DNA of 61,823 nucleotides, the filler included, from Platydemus manokwari (Eukaryota): the NCBI GenBank assembly GCA_037951405.1. It is 5 parts of 5 records of this genome, joined end to end, with 100 filler letters (N's around TTAATTAATTAA, not from the genome) between each part and the next. Parts side by side here need not be neighbours in the genome. Positions count along the whole stretch, not along the records: positions 10,153 to 25,014 come from JBBMOY011381425.1; positions 25,115 to 36,357 come from JBBMOY010821091.1; 3 more parts are not named here. One strand, written 5' to 3'. Under the pieces are notes generated by a model. The model ran no database searches, had not been told where the DNA came from, and saw nothing but the letters and a program-made list of their open reading frames with translations. A program made the translations under genes and the position numbers. How positions within the stretch are numbered: the stretch's first letter is position 1; every line of letters starts with the position of its first letter. Of the stretch, positions 18,209-33,500 are shown piece by piece.

Positions 18209-19328
18209 TCGATTGAATATCGATCTGTGTGTGTGTGTGCGTGCGTGTCGTCATTGTCCATAATATTAATAATAATTATTTTAATCAATCTCCTTCACAA
18301 CAAATCTCGTTTATATTTATACATGTTTATATTTTTCTTGTTTAAACGGAAATTATTGATTTTTAAAAATAAATTTTGTCATTTCTGAATTTATATATGA
18401 TTTTACAATTATAAGCCGCGAGTGGTTGGCGGGATTCCCCAGTTCTAAATTTGTTTTTCCTTTTTAGATATTCATTCAACTGTTTTTTTAAAAAGAGCGC
18501 CTTTACATCCTCAATATGAAGCTTGGTAATCAATTTAGTGAGAATTATGATTTATAAAATTGCACCAATCTCTGCCACTCAGAATATTTCATTATATTAT
18601 CTGGTATTACTGTTCTATTTTCTTATTTAATTTGTTGGGTTTCTGTTATTTGATTGGTTACACTATTCTGTTAATTGAGTGAACAAGTGAGTTCGGATTC
18701 AATAAAATATTTTAATATAAGATTTAACTTTACAACTGGAATCAAAGCACGTCATTTGGTAAAAATATTCAAGTTAGAACTTGCCCCCACACTCGCCATA
18801 CAACAAATTATACAATTAATTTTTTAAAAACGAGATCTTATTCAAGAAAAATCAACATCTTCAGCATTCTGTATTAATAGTTACATTGTTTAAAACATTC
18901 ATAAATAAAATAATATGTAAGTAACAATTAGAAATTTTCCTGACTCGTTTTTCTATGTCCTTCGATACTCTTCACTTTATACTTTCTGAATTCACATTTT
19001 TATACATTTAATACAGTATCTCTTTACGCGTTTTAAATTTTATGAGATTTTACAATTTTCAAGACGGCTCTCAAATTGTGACATTATATATTCTATTTTC
19101 ATCGTGGCCAATTCCTTCTAATCGAGGTACTGATATTTGATTATGATTCTATAAATCTTAAAATTTCAATAGTTTAAAATATAAAATTAATTTATTTTAA
19201 TTTTGATACAAATTCGTTATAAAATTATGTTTTATGCTAAAATCCATCAAATGAAATTAAGTCAAAGAACCCATTTTCTTAACTTAAGCTCGAAAATGGA
19301 TTAATTAATTTAAAAAGTCACTAATTTT

Positions 19329-19439
19329 TAGTTAAAATGGCGGATATTTAAACAAAAAGATTAATTATTATATAATTGCAGCGGAAATCTCAAATATATA
19401 ATAATTAATCTTTTTGTTTAAATATCGAGATTTTAACTA
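19329..19439. repeat. Long inverted repeat (hairpin)
   Basis: Perfect 32-bp arms GATATTTAAACAAAAAGATTAATTATTATATA (19343-19374) and its reverse complement (19395-19426), a 20-nt loop, and outer 10-bp arms TAGTTAAAAT/ATTTTAACTA. Confidence 0.85.
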
Positions 19440-22147
19440 GACATTATTTTTTTTCTGGTTCTTGAGTTTATTCCTCTCAAGGGACTTCGATAGTAAGTAT
19501 TGTGGACTATACTATCGGTAAGTAATTATCTAAAGGTTCCTTTTGATTTTAAAACTCATCACGGGGCACTAAATATAAATGAATATAACCTAGTTTAATC
19601 GTTAACTGAACAAAGTTGATTAATAATAAGATTTCGAATTATTTCTTGTCTAAATTATAATTAACAAACAACAACGACTGCTGGATTAAATTGTGTCACA
19701 TTTATAATCAGTAACTACTTCTAAAGAAAAACTATTGAAATGTGATATAAATAATATTTTACGAATGATCAAAAATTACAATTAAAAATAAAAGAAAACA
19801 CAAAAGGTTTTTCGGCAATCTCCAATGTCCCACGTAAGTGAATTATCGGAAGTCGAAAGCGGACGAAGAGGATGAGGATCTTGAATTTGATATTTTAGTA
19901 CTTATATTAATATTATATAAAGGATTAAATAGTATCGATTTTAACTTGATTATGAAAGTTCGAATTGTAAAAAATAAAAATACTTATTCTTAATCAAATT
20001 AAATAAATTATTAGTTGTTAAAATAAATAATTTGAGTCACATTGTGAAAATAATGCAGTCAAAAAATCAAACATGTTTGAAAGTAATATAATAAGATTTT
20101 ATTGCATCTTTTAAACTTAGCTACTTTAAATTGAATTGATCATTGACTTAATATTATTCTGGAATCAGTAAGACACTCTTTGTTTAGTGGTTTATTGAGT
20201 TACTATTGTTAAAGCAATGTTGTTTAAATCGGATAGAACTCTTACATTTCATAAAGAGTCATGAAGTTTTGATTTGTTGTTGTTACTTAATTACTAGTTA
20301 TCAATGATTCGAGGACAAAAGCTGTAATTATATTGTAGTCCTTTAAGAGTATAAATAAATATACTAGGACACAATAATTAATAATAGTACCACACAATTA
20401 TAATACCAAAAAGTTTCATATTATTGGTAAAAAAATCCCAAGATAAAAGTAAAGTCACACAAGGAGGAGTTAACACTTTGAAGAAAGTTCATTTTACAGT
20501 CCAAAACTTGTGCTAAATTGGTATTCCCATTTGTTGTGTTGTTAATGTTCCAGATTTGTTGATTTTTCAATTTTTTGATTTTATTTCTCATTGAATTTTT
20601 ATAGTATTTACTGTCTTGTATCAATCGACATTTAGTGGTCCAATTAAAAAGTACACATTTCAATATATTTGAATGCTTACAGACTGTGCTTGGTGCACCT
20701 AGGCGTGCTGTTATGTGATATTGGGGTTTTTTACAGGGTTGCTATACACTACCCATCTTAATATTTTGATTATAATAATTACAAGTTATAAAGGTTGATT
20801 GAACCACTGACAAATTCTTAAGAAAGTCTATCAACGAAACAGTTTTGTAAAATTATCTTTTTATTGCTGATATATCTGAATCCAAGTCCTTTTCCACAAA
20901 TTTCACAAATACTTACTATCTGACAGAGGGTACTTATTGTAATTATATTTTGGTTTAATATCAACCTATCTAAATTATATATATCCTTATATAATTAAAA
21001 TATTAACAATTATAATTATTGATGAATAAAATAAGATTTACAATTAAAGTTTATTTGGATTTTATCTATCCATCTTTCAATTTGTAAATGTATTATAAAT
21101 GTGATAAACATTTCTTGAATTTGATAAATTATAAGCAATATATTTACTTCTGAAAATGAATTATTTCCATTTGTTTTGTTCATAAATATCCTTCAAATTT
21201 ATCCAATCATGATTTGTTTTAGAATTAAAGCGAAGATATTGAATTATCAATGATTCGCATAGTTTATTCATTTCATTAGTAACTCTCAAAATAAATAATA
21301 AGATAATGAGATATGAATGGTTACATAAATATTTATCCATAATGAATTATCGATAATATCTATTTTTATTCGATCTCAGTTGAGGAGGCTAGTGATGTGG
21401 ATTAATCTTAATTAATCCTACGATAAATTCGAGGTTTCTCGGAAAATATGTTGCGTGTATTTAATTTATATAATGGGAGATAAAATATAGAAAATAAAAG
21501 AAATAAATTAAACCATTATTAATGAAAAAAAGAAACACAGATAATTTTTAATAATATTGTATATGTAAATGATAAGTTTTAAAATATATTACAACTATAA
21601 TGTCCTGAAGAAATTTGGCACAGTCCAATGGTTTTCTAATGCGTTATAAAACTCACCGACACGATATCTTAGTAATTTAATTACTAAAAACAAATTTTCG
21701 CTTCTGAGAATTTTGGAAAATAATGAATAAAATTTACTATGTATGAGTATTGAAATAATTAAGCAAATAATAGATGAGAAATAAATAATTGATTTGTGTA
21801 ATCGTGGTTTTCTTTTTTCACTGAAGATAGAATCAATCCAATTGCTTTGTTTCTATAAATACTGGTTGTAAATTTACTGTTGGGCCAATTGAGATTTCAA
21901 TTGTTTAGCTGGCTGTCCATAACTGAGAAATGAAATAATAATGATTTCCTTAATCATTGACAGAAATAAAGTGCTTCTGTCTCTACAAGAAATTATGTAC
22001 TTAATTCCTTTGTGAGACTTTTTATGAATTATTTTATGAACAATATATTTTTGTCGTAGGCACTTTGAATATTTCAGATTTAATTATATTGGATATTTAT
22101 ATTGTATTTTAACTTGGATATTTGATTTCAATAGGTATATATATATA

Positions 22148-23150
22148 TACTCCCTTTGAGATTCACACAACTATTTTTAGGGGCCCACAATAATGTTTTC
22201 GTTTTTCTACGTACATAATATCTTATCAAAATCTAAAAAATACAATTTCAAACATTTATTTGTGAAAATCGCATGTACAAATATACTAAAAGTGTTAGCA
22301 AACCATAACAGAGGATAAAAATAGTCTCCATCAGCTTCAGTGACACTCTGGATGTGATGACTAAAATTTTGAAACTCGCTTGTGATCTTGTAATCCGATG
22401 TTGACTCTAAATATTGGTGAAAAGCGTTGCTTATCTCTCCTGAATTACTGAGGTTTTTTCTATGTCGGTAGCACTCGTAGTTCCTGAAGATAAAGCGATC
22501 CTTGAGGTTTGTGTCGATTGAGTAGGCCGACTGCTTTAATAGAGACACGCGATGTTCTTCAAGCCAAATTCGAAGTAATTGTGCTGCTTGAGGTCTGACA
22601 TTGTCATGCTGAATGAACATTTCCCAAGCAGGTAGTCTTTTTTGAAAGTTTAAAATCATATTCGGCAAGAATTATAGGTGGATCCACCGTCGTGAAGAAT
22701 TTCGAAATACTTGTGATTTTGCATAGTTACTGGGAACTATAATCAAAACTTTGCGATCAAATATTGTCCGCCTAGCAATAGTTGGACGATTACCTGTGCT
22801 ATCCACCCAAAGTTGGTTGCATTCCTGTATGGGTACGTCTCGAAAATTCTTTTTTCATCGATCACGATGATCTTTTTCTTAGTCCTTCTTGACGAATAAA
22901 CATTCAACATTTCTTGAAAGCAAGTGACTCTGATTCTCTTCTTATTATTCGTCAGAATGTGAGGAATCCATCTCCTACAATGTGACTTCTTTCCAAGTTC
23001 TTGTTACAATATGCGAATCTTGAAATGACTGTAAAGCTTAAGTGGTAATCTTCTTAAATCATTTTATGCACAATTATGACATTCTCTTCCGCAGTGCTCG
23101 TTCTTGCTCTTCTTCAACCTTTAACTTTGATCTTTAGATATTTTCTTACT
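22148..23150 (-). mobile_element. Degenerate mariner (D,D34D) transposon
   Basis: Minus-strand RRWIPHIL (WVPHxL), VIDEK, QHDNVRPQ...AYSIDTNLKD (HDNARPH...YSPDLxxxD), with exactly 34 residues between the last two Asp. One TIR-like end (TACTCCCTTTGAG...) sits next to a TA run at 22,148. Confidence 0.85.
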
Positions 23151-24939
23151 GATAAAAACGAAATTTATTTCCCGCCCCTGTGTATATCGTAAAATTTGAA
23201 TAGAAAAATCTGTTTAAAAAGATCTTAAGTTGTACTTTAGAGATGATTCGTAAGAGCAGCTTAGTGAGTAGCTGAGTCTGATAACGTGATTCTCACAAAT
23301 AATTCCTGAACACATGAACATATTAAGTAAACTAAGAAAACAGTTATTAATAATAACACGCTTTTATTTAAATAAAATAGTGATCAATTATCAGGAAATT
23401 AAAAAAATTCGTTGCAGGTACAATGACGAAATTGAACGCAATACTTTGATTAATAAAGTAATTGATAGATGAGAAGACAAGTATAATTACTAAATGTTTA
23501 TTGATAGTAAGTTGAATAAGGAAAACATTGTTGAAATAACTGAGCCTACTGATTAGAGTATTTGTGAACAAGAACTACCGTAATTATGCCAATAGAGATC
23601 AAAAAAATTAATTATGATATAAAGGCTTACCACTCAACTGTTACACTCTACTAGAACTTACCTGCAAAAAAACGATTTATTTGTATTTGAGACTTGCTCA
23701 AAGGTACCTGAAATCTTTCTTCAATGAATATAATCCCCAGAAAGTTCTAAAACCAGAATTCGTTCACTAAAAGGTGAAAAAAGTACGAAAATTATTATTA
23801 TTTTAATATTCGGGGGCTAGGTACTGTTTTTGAATATGCTATTACTGTGACCTTTTCTCACAGCATTTTGAAAATATTTCATAGTCATCTTTTTTTTTGA
23901 TCATTTTATGATCACCAGATTATGTGATGCAACCTTTTCTGAACGAGGGGAAAGAATATTGAAGATATGGATAAATATAAATTAACCAACCGAGCTGCTG
24001 CTATATTTAATGACTAATGGCTGTTCTTATTGAAAAAATATGGAAATCTTTTTTTAATAAAAAAATCTCTATTATAAAACTGAATTATTTGTTCTCACTA
24101 TTCAAACGAGTAAGTCCACAGAAATTGATCTTTTTTAAAATTATTTTTCTCGTAGAATCAATATTATTTATTGTAATGGCTAACATAAATGGCAATTGTT
24201 TTTATTCAATGTTCGCTCATCTTTATCATATATTGTTAATTTATAGTCTCCTAGTAGTCAGATGATTTCTAATGAATAGTTGCTTAGTCTTCTGCTTAAC
24301 AATGTCGGTGTCTATTATTTTATTCTTAATATATGGGCTGATGCGTAGGTGCTATCTTGATCTTGTATCTGATTGACCTAAGAGCACAGAAATAATTTTT
24401 TGGTATAAACATGATTATTGGGAGATTGACCTCAATTGCAGATTGCCTTGCGAAGTGAGCGAAATGTATTGGGTAACTTGGATTTAGTTGCGGGATTTGG
24501 GGATTAGCTGTATTTACTGTATTTTAGAATGTGTTCCAAACAAAAATAGTGTACTGATGTTATCTGCAGTTAACAGTAAGCCTCGTACTTATAATTACTC
24601 GATTTGATTTGAATTTACTGTGGTAATCACTGTCAATCAACTGCGGCCACCTGCTAAATGAACCCAACAATGTTTGCATAGTCCGTATTTTGCTCAGATA
24701 AATATTTATTTTCATAACGATTTAATCTGTCTTATTGCCGCTCTTTATCTATTTAATGTGTAGTTTTACACTATTTTTTGTAAGTATTGCGGTTTGCTTT
24801 TTGATATTTTCTGTGTTTTATACATGTATATTATGATTTGAGTTATTCCAACGTGTTTTCCCAGGATTTGTAAAATAAAAAAACTTTAAAAATCAATTTT
24901 TTAACAACAATAACAATAACAATAACAATATATATATAT

Positions 24940-25014
24940 ATTAGGTTGTCCCATATGAAATGTCCGATTTTCATGCACATATTTGAAGAAGCATAACTCA
25001 TAAGAAAATATTTT
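24940..25014. mobile_element. Terminus of a mariner-like element inserted in a (TA)n run, truncated by the contig end
   Basis: TA|TTAGGTTGTCCCATATGAAATG... resembles mariner TIR starts (TTAGGTTG...) after a TA target. Confidence 0.55.
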
Positions 25015-25114
25015 NNNNNNNNNNNNNNNNNNNNNNNNNNNNNNNNNNNNNNNNNNNNTTAATTAATTAANNNNNNNNNNNNNNNNNNNNNNNNNNNNNN
25101 NNNNNNNNNNNNNN
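25015..25114. other. Artificial contig spacer
   Basis: N44-TTAATTAATTAA-N44. Confidence 0.97.
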
Positions 25115-25346
25115 ACGAAAGTAGAAAATAATAAGTTAAATTAATAATAAAAGATAAATGTTAAAAATAAAATGAAATTATTAAAAGTGAAAAATAAAAT
25201 AGGAAAGTAATTTAAAATTAAATTATTATTATTAGAAATAAATATCAGCAAGAAATAACGAATAAATAAATTAATTAAATAATTAAAATAGAAATTAAGA
25301 TTTGTTTTAGTAAATTAAAAAAATGAAAATAATAATAACTCCCTAA

Positions 25347-25996
25347 TGTAGGCAGTTATTGATTTAAGCCAGCCGGGGAAATGTATGCTGACCATCAGTA
25401 GCTGATTGTCTCAGTTGAATATACAGTTAAGAGAGAAAGAAATCAGAATGTCATTTGGAATAATCAGAAAATTGTTATATGATTTTACCAGAACTAACAG
25501 GTTATTTTACTTTTGATAATTTCTTTTGTTTCAGTAGAAATATTCGAGGAAAGAATTTTTGGACTACAAGGAGAAAAGTAAAGTTTAGATATTCGAGGAC
25601 CCAGTGTCGGAATATCCGTACGAATATCTTAGTGTAGTGCATCCGTGACTGTAGTCTCGCACGATAGTAAGTAGCATAGACCAGGAATAGTTCTTCGGCC
25701 TTTATTCCAAACTTGTGAAGCGGATTTGATCCGTGTTTTATTTTTGCAACGTAACTTCAATAGGGGCTAGGCCCTTAGTCGTATAAATTGAGGTCGTATA
25801 TTGTTATATAAATATATCTTAGTGTACAACCCTTGTTTTGTTTTTGGAGTCGGATTGATAGCGAGAATTGTAAGCCCGGTAGACCCAACATAAATATAAA
25901 TGATAAATTATTTAAATAAATTTAACCACAGAGTTTCTCGGCCATAATAAATTCATCCATGAAAAATATGTGTAAGGCGTTATATAATAATCCTAT
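25347..25996. mobile_element. Possible solo LTR
   Basis: GC-richer island starting TGTAGG and ending CCTATA (near-inverted ends), with an internal TATAAAT and AATAAA. No TSD is visible. Confidence 0.3.
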
Positions 25997-28900
25997 AAAA
26001 TATCAACGAGTTACTTATCTATGCCAATATAAGATAGTAGTCACAGTTATTTCGTGGGCAATGTAGACACAGTCACAGATATTATAATACCAAAAACACA
26101 ATAAAATTGTGATTACATTGCAGTAGATAATTTTGTGTCGAGGATTGAGAATTCGACTGGCAGATAATTTAAACAGCCAAGAAGAATTCTCCAGGATACA
26201 CAAGATAAATTAAAATGATTTATGATTTGAAACGTATATGGCTAGCTAAGCCCATTCTTGAGAGAAAGAGACTTATTGACCACGAAACTTCTGCGAATTG
26301 TGATAACCATTGTCCAACATTTTTGTCCATAAAAGTAGTGCCTAACAATATTGTAATTTGGTGTATTTGGGTGATAAACATTTTATATATCAATAAAGTC
26401 CAGTTGTTAATTTTGTAGAGTACCTGTTGGTTTCATAACATTCATTTAATAATTCAAATTATCATTCACATTGTCATTCATCACCTTTATGGAACAGGTC
26501 TGAGGAGTACCAAATATATAGGGATAAGTAGTACAAAGAAGGCAGATTTAGGCCAAACACCAAACCCAACCCCATAAAATCTTTTTAAAATTTTTTCAAT
26601 TTCAGATTTTTCTAAATTTGCAACGTCATATGGTTTTCTTAGAATAACAATAAATTTTATTTATATTATAAAAATAAATAAAAAATAAACCAATAAAAAA
26701 ATAAATAGTATCTGATTCCACATCTAAAAATAAAATTAAATAAATTTATTAAAAAAATTTAAATTAACATTAATTTCGTTTTAAAAAAATGAAATTCGTT
26801 TCAATAAAATAAAAAAATAAAAATTAAATTTCTTTAAAACGAAAATAGAAATTTAAAACAAATTTCTTAACAATAATATAAAATAAAATGGATCTAAAGT
26901 TAAAAGGGGCCTAAAATGAAATTTTAAATTTGTGGAGTGTATTTCAAAATCCTATATAGTTTATTTAATTATATTCTTCAAAAACATTTTAAATTTTTAT
27001 TTAAGTACTTCAGAAGAATTTGAGTTGTTTGAAATCAGATGTTAAATACACTAGAGCTTAAAAATTGCCTAAAATTTTATTATTTGTAAAAATGTAAAAA
27101 GTTGGTCGAATTGCAATTTATTGAAAATTAGCGAGGACCTCTTTTATAACATTAGAAGCAAATTGAAAGATATTTTCAATTTTTACAATTATTTTATAAA
27201 AATAAGAATGGTATTATTGAACATATCTGTAATTAACAAACTCGATTTATAATTATAAAATTTAAATTTAAAAACTCAAATAATCATATAGAGATGTTTT
27301 GATTAGAATGGGAACTTGATTTTAAAACTGTGTTTTGTCACTATTAGACAACTTAAAAAGTGAGATATCAAGTGAATTATACGAATAAATCAAATATAGT
27401 AGTGATATACAAAATTAAGTTATAAATTTATCTCATGCGCGAAAATTCATCATTACGAAAGTAGATCAAAGGACCCTTTTTCTTAACTTAAGCTTAAAAA
27501 TGAAATAAATTTCCTTTCAATGTAAATAAAATTCAAATTTCGCAAAAACAAAACAAAAATAAGTTTCTTAAAAATAACATAAAAATAATTTTTTATAAAT
27601 AAAATAGTTTTTTTAAATTTTGTAATATGATAGATAATACTAAATAATGAACCAAATTAAATGTACTAAATACGAATAATTATTATATTAAATTTAGTAA
27701 AATAGGATTAAAAACATTGTTCAACACTGCTTATTTCGTCTCCATACGAGCATTAGAAATGAACGAGTTGAAAGAACATCAAACATCAAGGTTTATAAAT
27801 ATCCATGGGTCATCAGAACTCTAGAAATAGGTTAAGTCATAGACATTGTTAGAAACAACAATAATTACAATGAAAGCAAATGGATCTCAAAAGGAACAAG
27901 TAGGCAAAAGATATAAATATAGAGGATAAAGATAGACAAAGAAAATTAGTTATTAAAAATACAGAATAAATACATATGTATACAGTGTTTCCTACAGCGA
28001 ATCTCCAACCAAAATTATTCTAGGATAAATAAAAATTCATTTCGTTGTATAGCAATAAATTCTATTGACTCTAAAAATTCGAATTCTTTTGATTATCGAT
28101 TGATTGATTTGTCTATTCAATTTAAATAAATACTATGACATCAAATAACTGAAGAGTACACGATTATTGGATATGATTTTTTATAAAAAAGGATACTGCA
28201 GATCAATTAATCGATTGTCAATTGCTTCTTTAATTAAGAGATCTGGATCAAGTACAAGTGTTGATTCAAAAAATCAACTATAATCTCGTGATTTTCTAAT
28301 AAAATTTGCATGTGAAGATCTTTACAAAATTGTGCTTATATAGAGCATATATAGAGAATGCGATTCAGAGAATATCCAGAATAGATAGAGAATTCAATTT
28401 TTATGTTGGAAGCTTATATTAAGCGAGAATATTTCACTGTGAAATACAAAGTAATGCCCAGTCAATAAATAAGTAAAATAATGAATTCAATATTTGATAT
28501 GAAATCTGGGATGATTGATTTTCATAACTGAGTTGTTCAAATTTTGAAATCATATCTATCTAAAATAAAATGATCCTGATCATATTAATGACAAATTTAT
28601 TCAGCGATTTTAGTTTTACAAGTTGATCCTTTTCGACCGAGAATACAACTATCACTCACTCACGAGCAATTATATATTCCCAAATATAATCCATATTAAT
28701 AATTGAGAAGACATAAAAATATTTTTTTAATTTTATGTGGAAACACATCAGCAGTTCAGTTAAAATAAAATACAAAATATCATGTACTAATTTGTATTAA
28801 ATTACAATTTAAGTGTAAATGCTCTCCATCAAATTTATTTTAGGTAACAATTTTTGATTGGCTCAAAATTGGTTACTGGAGATTGTCGACACCAATAAGA

Positions 28901-30581
28901 AATCATTCGAATAATTACAATAAAATAAAATATATAAATATTTATTAGAAAAATCAGAAATAAAAGAATGAAGATTTTTCGTTCAGATATAATTCATTAG
29001 AACATCTCAACAAATGATAAATAACAGTGACATCAAGAACGGGGCGAAATCGGGAGAGCAAGTTTTATGATCTAGAAATATGAATTTCGGAATGATAACA
29101 AATATCAATTTCCGTTATGAATTTCAGATAAAGTAAAAATTGATATCGAATTTCGTTGACTTCTTCAGAAAATGAATTTGAGACGCAGTGATACACATTA
29201 TCAACTTTAGCATCATTTAACTGGTTGGAATTTTGACATATTTTCCCCTAATGATTTATAAGGCATTAGATGAAAAAGAAATTTCCCAATAATAGCAATC
29301 ACTATTGCCTCGATCTCTCAAAGAAGAAACGATTATCAAAAATATTTCCAAATTTCAGTAATCGAGTTATTTTTTCAAGCAATATTGTAATATTTTTTAT
29401 TAAATTCATGTTATGGACAGAGAATAAATGACCGAACCAAATAAAATATTTATACGTCATCAAATATTGTAAAACACAATTTTGTTAATTATTTAATATC
29501 GAGCTTTATCAATGATTGATGTACTGCAATATTCAGAATATGAGTTAGATGAATAGATCTGCAGAAATCAACGTGTTCCAATATCTGAAATTTGGTATGG
29601 AAAAAAGGAAATATTAAAAAAAAACGATCGAAAACAACCATCTAAACGGAACCATTATTTCATTTACAAAAAACCTATTATTTTTATAATACATTCGTTA
29701 TTATCATCTAATCAGTTCCAGTAAGAATAGTGATAACTGGTAAAGGTTAATTAAAAATTTATCAGGAACAACTGAGAGATTTACTTATAGCTAGGAATTG
29801 CTTTTGCATTCAGTTATAATTAATCGATTTCACTAATCCGTCCAACTAAATTTAACCTCTTTTGTCACAAATGATATTACAAAATTTGTAATGGTATTAA
29901 AAGATTATTGATGTTAAACGACATAAATTACTAGTAATCTATATTAAATGGTGAATGGATTTTCAGTTATAATGATAGTCAACTAGTATTGATATTAGCC
30001 GAGTTCGACATATTAAAAAATTGAATTTCACCTTCAATTATCATCATATTTCATATCCCACTTCTCGTCAATCTTTAATAACAAATCATTAACAAAGGAT
30101 CACAATTGGTGAAGAAACAATTTCATACATTAAACATCTTCTAGACTAAAACTAAATTTAAATCAATGGTATGTGTTCAAGATTTATTTCTAATGATGAG
30201 ACAAAACGGAAATATCTACCAACGTACTTCAATTTTACATAAGATTTTTAGTGAAAATGATCTGCTTCAAGGAATATTTATCAAGAATAAATTGGAATAA
30301 TCGTCAAACAATTTCACTGATAATATGATGATAATGATCACAATCTGATATTTATTAAAATCAAAATATATACTTACAACTCAAGTCACATTATAGCTAG
30401 ATATATATGGATAGATGTAGATAAATATAGAGATAGATAGATAGGAAAAACAATAAGTAATTAACACAAAATACGAAAAATGAAAATTATCAATTTACTA
30501 GGCACAATCAATATTCAACATATAACAAGATATTATTACAATTGTTAACAACTGTGATGTACCAGTGATCATATATGTTAA

Positions 30582-33500
30582 TTAGAAGCTAACTCCATGT
30601 CGATCTTTGTTGAAACCTAAAGCACTTTGATTGAACACCAGACTGGCTACATTTCCATACGATTCAACAACGATATTTTCTGCTTTGAACTAAATTAATA
30701 ACAACAAACAACCATCAAGATATTTTCAAAACAAAAAACAAACAAAATAAAATCGAAAAACTCAATAATAATGACAAATCATAAAACCAATCAACTCGTG
30801 TAAGAATAAAACATTCCAGAATATTTAGTTTCATTCGACAATTGGGTTGACAAATGGCTTGTTTTTAACACATTTCCCTTTTTGTGATTATTCGAGTAGT
30901 TTTCAAATCTATTCAATATAATTCTATTTTAAACACAAATAAAATATAAAAATCCCACTAATCGATTTATAATGTTCCAATTAATATGAAAACATGTTCA
31001 AAACTAATTCACAGAGCACCATATACTGACATATCAACATGAAGAGAGAGAGAAAATGAAAAAAAAATCATCCTGAAATAAACACTTTCGCATTCGTTCG
31101 GATTCTAATAAAAATTAAAATTTTTAATGATTTATAGCATAGAATATTAAACATCGATGGAAAAATTTTAAAAAGTCATGTATTTAGGTGCTCAAGATTT
31201 CTATATCAGGGTCTGAGAAAATTTTAGGTTAAAGAAGTTGAAGGCCATTCATTTTCACCCTCTGAGAATGGTTTGGTTTAGACATCATTGGGAATTCTAT
31301 AATTCAATGATTTCTGATGTTACTACTAACTATGGTGTGAACATCAATAAAATTCAGAAGCTTATAAGCCGTTACTCACACCAATATTTGAATCTGATAA
31401 AACATAAACACATCATTTACAGATTCCTCATATTAACAAGTCATTAACTATTATTACCATTCATTTATCTGTTCTTTCTATTGGCCTGCTATATTAATCA
31501 TTGTATAAAAATCTTTATTCATTAAAAATCCATTGAAAATAAACAAAAAAAACGACTCTTCAGAGACTAAATTTGAAAAACTAAACCAAAATCTGAAAAA
31601 ATGGAAAAAAATATCTCAAAACCAATAGCCATAATCCGTTTAACATTTATAGAAAAAGCACTAAAACAGGATAAGTAGATACTTATAGCTTTAATAAGCC
31701 TTTAAAATGCAAAACATTTTTACACCTTACAAATGTTTCAGAAAACAAACATTTCTAAACTGCTGCGATCTTCAAATTTATTTATTTGCATTCATATAGC
31801 ATAAATCAACAAATAAAGTCAATCTTATTGAAAAAAATATTAAAAGGTGTGGAAATCGTTAAAGAAAATTGATAGATTAAAATATGAAATACAAGTCTTA
31901 AAAATTCTGTGATCAATCAAAGAACATAGGCAAATTTAAGCCAATAGCTTTAGTCAAATCATCAACATTCAATTTTTGATATATATTGTATTATTATTGA
32001 TTAATATAGCTGAGTTCCCCATTAACAAATCCAGAATAATTTTTCACGAGATTGGCCAAGTTTTCATAATCGCATAACGAATCAATTAATTGTGAGAGAG
32101 CATTTCATGTCATTTAATGTGAAGAATAAAATAAATAAATAATATTATTAACAATTATAGTTTTGTTATTAGAATATAATAATTGTTATTAGTAAAAACA
32201 TTTTACAAAAAATAGTGAAATAAATGTCATTTGATCGGTTACCATGACAATATTGACCTATTATATCGATCGAAAAAGTACCAATCATACTTTTTGTTTG
32301 AATTTCAAATATTATTATTATTATTAATTTATAATCAAAGAAAAATTATAAAAAATATTATAGATAGAAAAATCCATTCAATCTGATAAAAGAATAATCA
32401 ATAAAAAATAATAAATTGCTTTATTGCCAGTATTTGAATACACAACAATCAGTCTCTCTAATCACAGAACTTTATATGAAACCTTACCTTAAAGCATAAT
32501 GTGACTTATTCAACAAATTCATCTTTTATTACATAATCACTGTTGATGGTTGTGTATTATAGATAAATATACATTTTTATGAGGTTTCTGATAATAATGC
32601 CATCTATATCTTGGCGCAACATGACTTTATAAATGCAATATTGAAAACCAAATCAAGTGGTTTAAGAAATAAAATGTTAACTGCATATAAATCGTTTGTA
32701 ATTGAGTTAATGCACTGTTATAAATAATTATTTGTATGATAACAAAAGACAGATATAAACTAAAACAAATATTAGGTTATTGTTATTAATTGTTGCCTTG
32801 GGAATATTTGTTGTTACTGTTTCATTAATCAATTTACTTTTCTATAAACAACCTCCATAATCCCACATCATCCTATCACAAAATGAACGAAATGCAGCAT
32901 GAAACAATTTTATCTGATAATTTCGTAATTCAATGCCACAGGATCTGGGTGTGTATCTTTAGTTGGAGAACAAAAAATTAATAAGAATAAGACATATAAA
33001 TAGAAACAGTAACAATTGTTATTTACATCCGTCAATAAAATAATAATTTTTATTGTCATTATCAGTTGGTAAACATTATAAATTTAAAATATTGTTTTCA
33101 AACACAATGAAATTAAAACAAAAAATGGAAAAAATCATCCTCATTTATCAAAGAATAGACATAGAAAAAGCCATTCTTAAATAATCAGAAAAAATGGACT
33201 AAACGACGTAGCTGATCGCTTTTAATCCTGACAATTTTAATACTTTATAAATGAAAATTAATACGCTATTTTTGGAGGTAAACAATCAACATTCAAAGGG
33301 TTTCTCAAATCAAAAAGCAAACCGTTATTTACGGTAAGGATTGAGAATTCAAAGTGCCTAAATACCGGTTGGTATTCACCCCAGAAATGGCTTCATTAAA
33401 TATTTAATCGTCAAAAATTTTAATAAGTGAAAATATATTATTTAAAAAAAATTAAATTGTCGTTATATTTGTGATTTATTAATGATTTTGTCAATACGAA

